A stretch of DNA of 64,000 nucleotides, taken from IMG/VR virus record IMGVR_UViG_2593339225_000003, positions 1-64,000 of that record, one strand, 5' to 3'. Positions within the stretch are counted from its first letter, which is position 1, and each line of letters opens with the position of its first letter. Under the pieces are notes generated by a model, which saw nothing but the letters and a program-made list of their open reading frames with translations, did not search any database and had not been told where the DNA came from. The DNA comes from a virus (taxonomy: Duplodnaviria; Caudoviricetes). The position numbers were made by a program, and so were the translations under genes. Below, one piece after another: positions 61,960 to 64,000 of this stretch.

Positions 61960-62454
61960 ATGTCATTAGCAGAACTTAAAAGACAGGCGCGAGCCGGCAA
62001 AATCAAATTTGAATTAACCGAACGCTTCGGCAAAACCGGTGATGAAATCCCTGATTTTTGTCGCGGAATCCGCGAGGTTGCAAGGGTCAATACAGTTGCA
62101 ATTATTCTTGTGACCGCCGACGGAAAAGAAAGCGAGTTGAGGTTTAACGGCGCAAAGCTGGTTGAATATGATGGAAAATCTCTGACTATCTATGCCGCCG
62201 GAGAACGCGACGTAACACCGGAGGAACAGTCCGTACTTGACGGCGCACAGAAAATCCGTGACAGACATATGAAAGTAAATCCGTATGGTAACGGCGGATT
62301 TTGGGAGTGCAAACATTATTTTGCAAACAGCTCTTGTCCGTGGATGGCAGGATATGAAACGGTGCGCGGCAAACGCTATAACTATAACGGAAAAGTCGTT
62401 GACAATTCCGTAAGGGGTAGAGCTATTCTGCGCTATACAATCCATCAGGTTTAA
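61960..62454 (+). CDS. Hypothetical protein
   Basis: 164 aa, AAGGAGG RBS. Confidence 0.65.
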   Translation: MSLAELKRQARAGKIKFELTERFGKTGDEIPDFCRGIREVARVNTVAIILVTADGKESELRFNGAKLVEYDGKSLTIYAAGERDVTPEEQSVLDGAQKIRDRHMKVNPYGNGGFWECKHYFANSSCPWMAGYETVRGKRYNYNGKVVDNSVRGRAILRYTIHQV

Positions 62455-62464
62455 GGAGGAAAAT

Positions 62465-62668
62465 ATGGCAAACAGAATCCCGCGACATATCACAGAAATG
62501 GACGTTGAATTTTTGACAGCAACATCCGCCGGAAATCCCGGTACAAAAATGAAAGCGAAAAAAGATGAATACGGCTGGCACGGCACAGATAAAAATGGAA
62601 AAAGTTGGTCATTATTTCCGTCACATCTCCGTTGCTCTGAGCTTTGCAGATTATCGAATATGAAATAA
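62465..62668 (+). CDS. Small hypothetical protein
   Basis: 67 aa, AAGGAGG RBS. Confidence 0.6.
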   Translation: MANRIPRHITEMDVEFLTATSAGNPGTKMKAKKDEYGWHGTDKNGKSWSLFPSHLRCSELCRLSNMK

Positions 62669-62682
62669 TCAAGGAGGAAAAT

Positions 62683-62835
62683 ATGCTCGAACCCAGACAA
62701 AGAACGGCACTGGACGGCAAGGTTTGGTGGTGTGTGTTCGATACAGAGAAACAAAAGTATTCAACGCTTTTGTGTTTCGGAAAATACAAGAAAAAGCGCG
62801 ATGCGGCATATGCAATTCAGAGAGCCGCAGAATAA
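62683..62835 (+). CDS. Small hypothetical protein
   Basis: ATG 62683 behind AAGGAGG. Confidence 0.55.
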   Translation: MLEPRQRTALDGKVWWCVFDTEKQKYSTLLCFGKYKKKRDAAYAIQRAAE

Positions 62836-62849
62836 GGAGAGGTGAGATT

Positions 62850-63023
62850 ATGCCGCTGATTATTATTATCGGAATCCTCGCGGTTTGCGGAGCGGCGGGA
62901 GCTGCCGGCGCAGACCGACACAAACACTACACGCACAAAGACACGGAAAATATGCTAATCGAGATGACCGGCAAAAGCAAAAGAGAGTGCCGCAAAATCT
63001 TAAAACGATACGGCAGAAAATAA
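62850..63023 (+). CDS. Small protein with N-terminal hydrophobic segment
   Basis: ATG 62850 behind GAGGTG; MPLIIIIGILAVC. Confidence 0.5.
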   Translation: MPLIIIIGILAVCGAAGAAGADRHKHYTHKDTENMLIEMTGKSKRECRKILKRYGRK

Positions 63024-63038
63024 GACAAGGAGGGCAAA

Positions 63039-63668
63039 ATGGATAGATGTATTCTAAAGAATAAGGACGTTGAGGCACTGTTCGCGTGGCGCGACAGGAA
63101 TAAAGACCTTGTAAGGCGCGGCGCAAATCCGATGAAAGGCATCGAGGTCATTTTGCCCGACGTAAAATCAAGGGTCAAATATCTACGAACGGAAAATATA
63201 TTAAACATCCATTATGTTGTGGCTAATGAATCATTCAATTATAAAATTGAAATCATTACAGGCAAATGGAAAATCGCAAAGCAGCCCGCCAAAGGTTTCG
63301 GCGCACAACAAACATTCATCGAGGATATTGTCGGAATGTATTTTGCGCTTATGGCTCTAATAGTCTATGGCGACGATGTGCAATATACAGAGCAGGAACT
63401 TGATATTATTGATAGCATCACAACGGAAAAATCGAAAGCAAAGCCCGCGCAAAAGCAAACACACATCAAGCGCGACAATGTGATTTATCTTTTCAACAAA
63501 GAGCCTTCGGGCAAACTGAGCGTAAAGCGGAAAGGCGAGAGACGTTCTCCGCGCGGTCAATTCAATGTGCGCGGACATTTCAGACACTTAAAGGGCGGTA
63601 AGGTCATTTGGATTGCCGAGTATAAAAAAGGAACAGGCACAAAGAAAAACAAAATATACAAGCTGTAA
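63039..63668 (+). CDS. Hypothetical protein with C-terminal VRGHFR motif
   Basis: 209 aa; FNVRGHFRH...IWI..YKKG. Confidence 0.65.
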   Translation: MDRCILKNKDVEALFAWRDRNKDLVRRGANPMKGIEVILPDVKSRVKYLRTENILNIHYVVANESFNYKIEIITGKWKIAKQPAKGFGAQQTFIEDIVGMYFALMALIVYGDDVQYTEQELDIIDSITTEKSKAKPAQKQTHIKRDNVIYLFNKEPSGKLSVKRKGERRSPRGQFNVRGHFRHLKGGKVIWIAEYKKGTGTKKNKIYKL

Positions 63669-63679
63669 AGGAGCAGACA

Positions 63680-63895
63680 ATGAAAAAATTAAAGCAGATT
63701 ATAGACGGAGCATATAATGAGGGCAAAATCCCGCGAGGTTTGTCTCTGACGGATTTTCGCCTGTTAGAGAGTATCTATATTAACCTAACGGAAAAACGCT
63801 CATACGAGTTCATACAGGCGACTATACTGCCAATTCTTGACCGCTGCAAAATCAAATATAAGGTGCGCGGCATCGGTTGGATTGTCGGCGCATAA
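63680..63895 (+). CDS. Small hypothetical protein
   Basis: 71 aa, AAGGAG RBS. Confidence 0.55.
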   Translation: MKKLKQIIDGAYNEGKIPRGLSLTDFRLLESIYINLTEKRSYEFIQATILPILDRCKIKYKVRGIGWIVGA

Positions 63896-63920
63896 CCCGC
63901 AAAATTTTTTCAAAAAACTA

Positions 63921-63949
63921 TTGACATAATATTCATAGTATGTTATAAT
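63921..63949 (+). promoter_or_regulatory. Consensus sigma-A promoter with operator (copy 3)
   Basis: TTGACA-17 bp-TATAAT; ACATAATATTCATAGTATGT; same upstream CAAAAAACTA as copy 2. Confidence 0.85.
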
Positions 63950-64000
63950 GGTTAGCGTAATGAGGGAGCGGAAATCCCCCTTGTATTTCAAAATCTAAAG

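Overview
The window is a 64-kb segment of a large SPbeta-like siphophage or prophage of a Firmicute, probably Clostridia (host inferred from GH25/CHAP lysins, sigma-A promoters and GGAGG ribosome-binding sites). Bases 1-57.7 kb are one minus-strand block. In transcription order it holds: a YonO-like single-subunit RNA polymerase; a tRNA cluster (Glu, Tyr, Asp, a broken tRNA, Thr) with a GIY-YIG endonuclease inside it; accessory genes (beta-CASP nuclease, ClpP, metallophosphoesterase, HU); terminase, portal, head and tail genes; a complete diversity-generating retroelement (DGR); and the lysis genes. An AT-rich, repeat-rich non-coding region (57.7-59.4 kb) separates this block from a plus-strand run of small early-type genes whose strong sigma-A promoters share one palindromic operator. 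Main observations: (1) the tape-measure gene appears split by a 909-nt group I intron (26744-25836) whose P1/P10 and P3-P8 core can be paired by eye. It carries, antisense in its P9 region, a self-contained zinc-ribbon gene rather than a homing endonuclease. (2) The DGR targets a 2427-aa tail protein, its Avd is a tandem two-domain fusion, and its TR contains an in-frame TGA. (3) A roughly 65-aa module is shared by the major tail, Dit and Tal-like proteins. All calls were made by eye from the sequence and supplied ORFs; no database searches were run.
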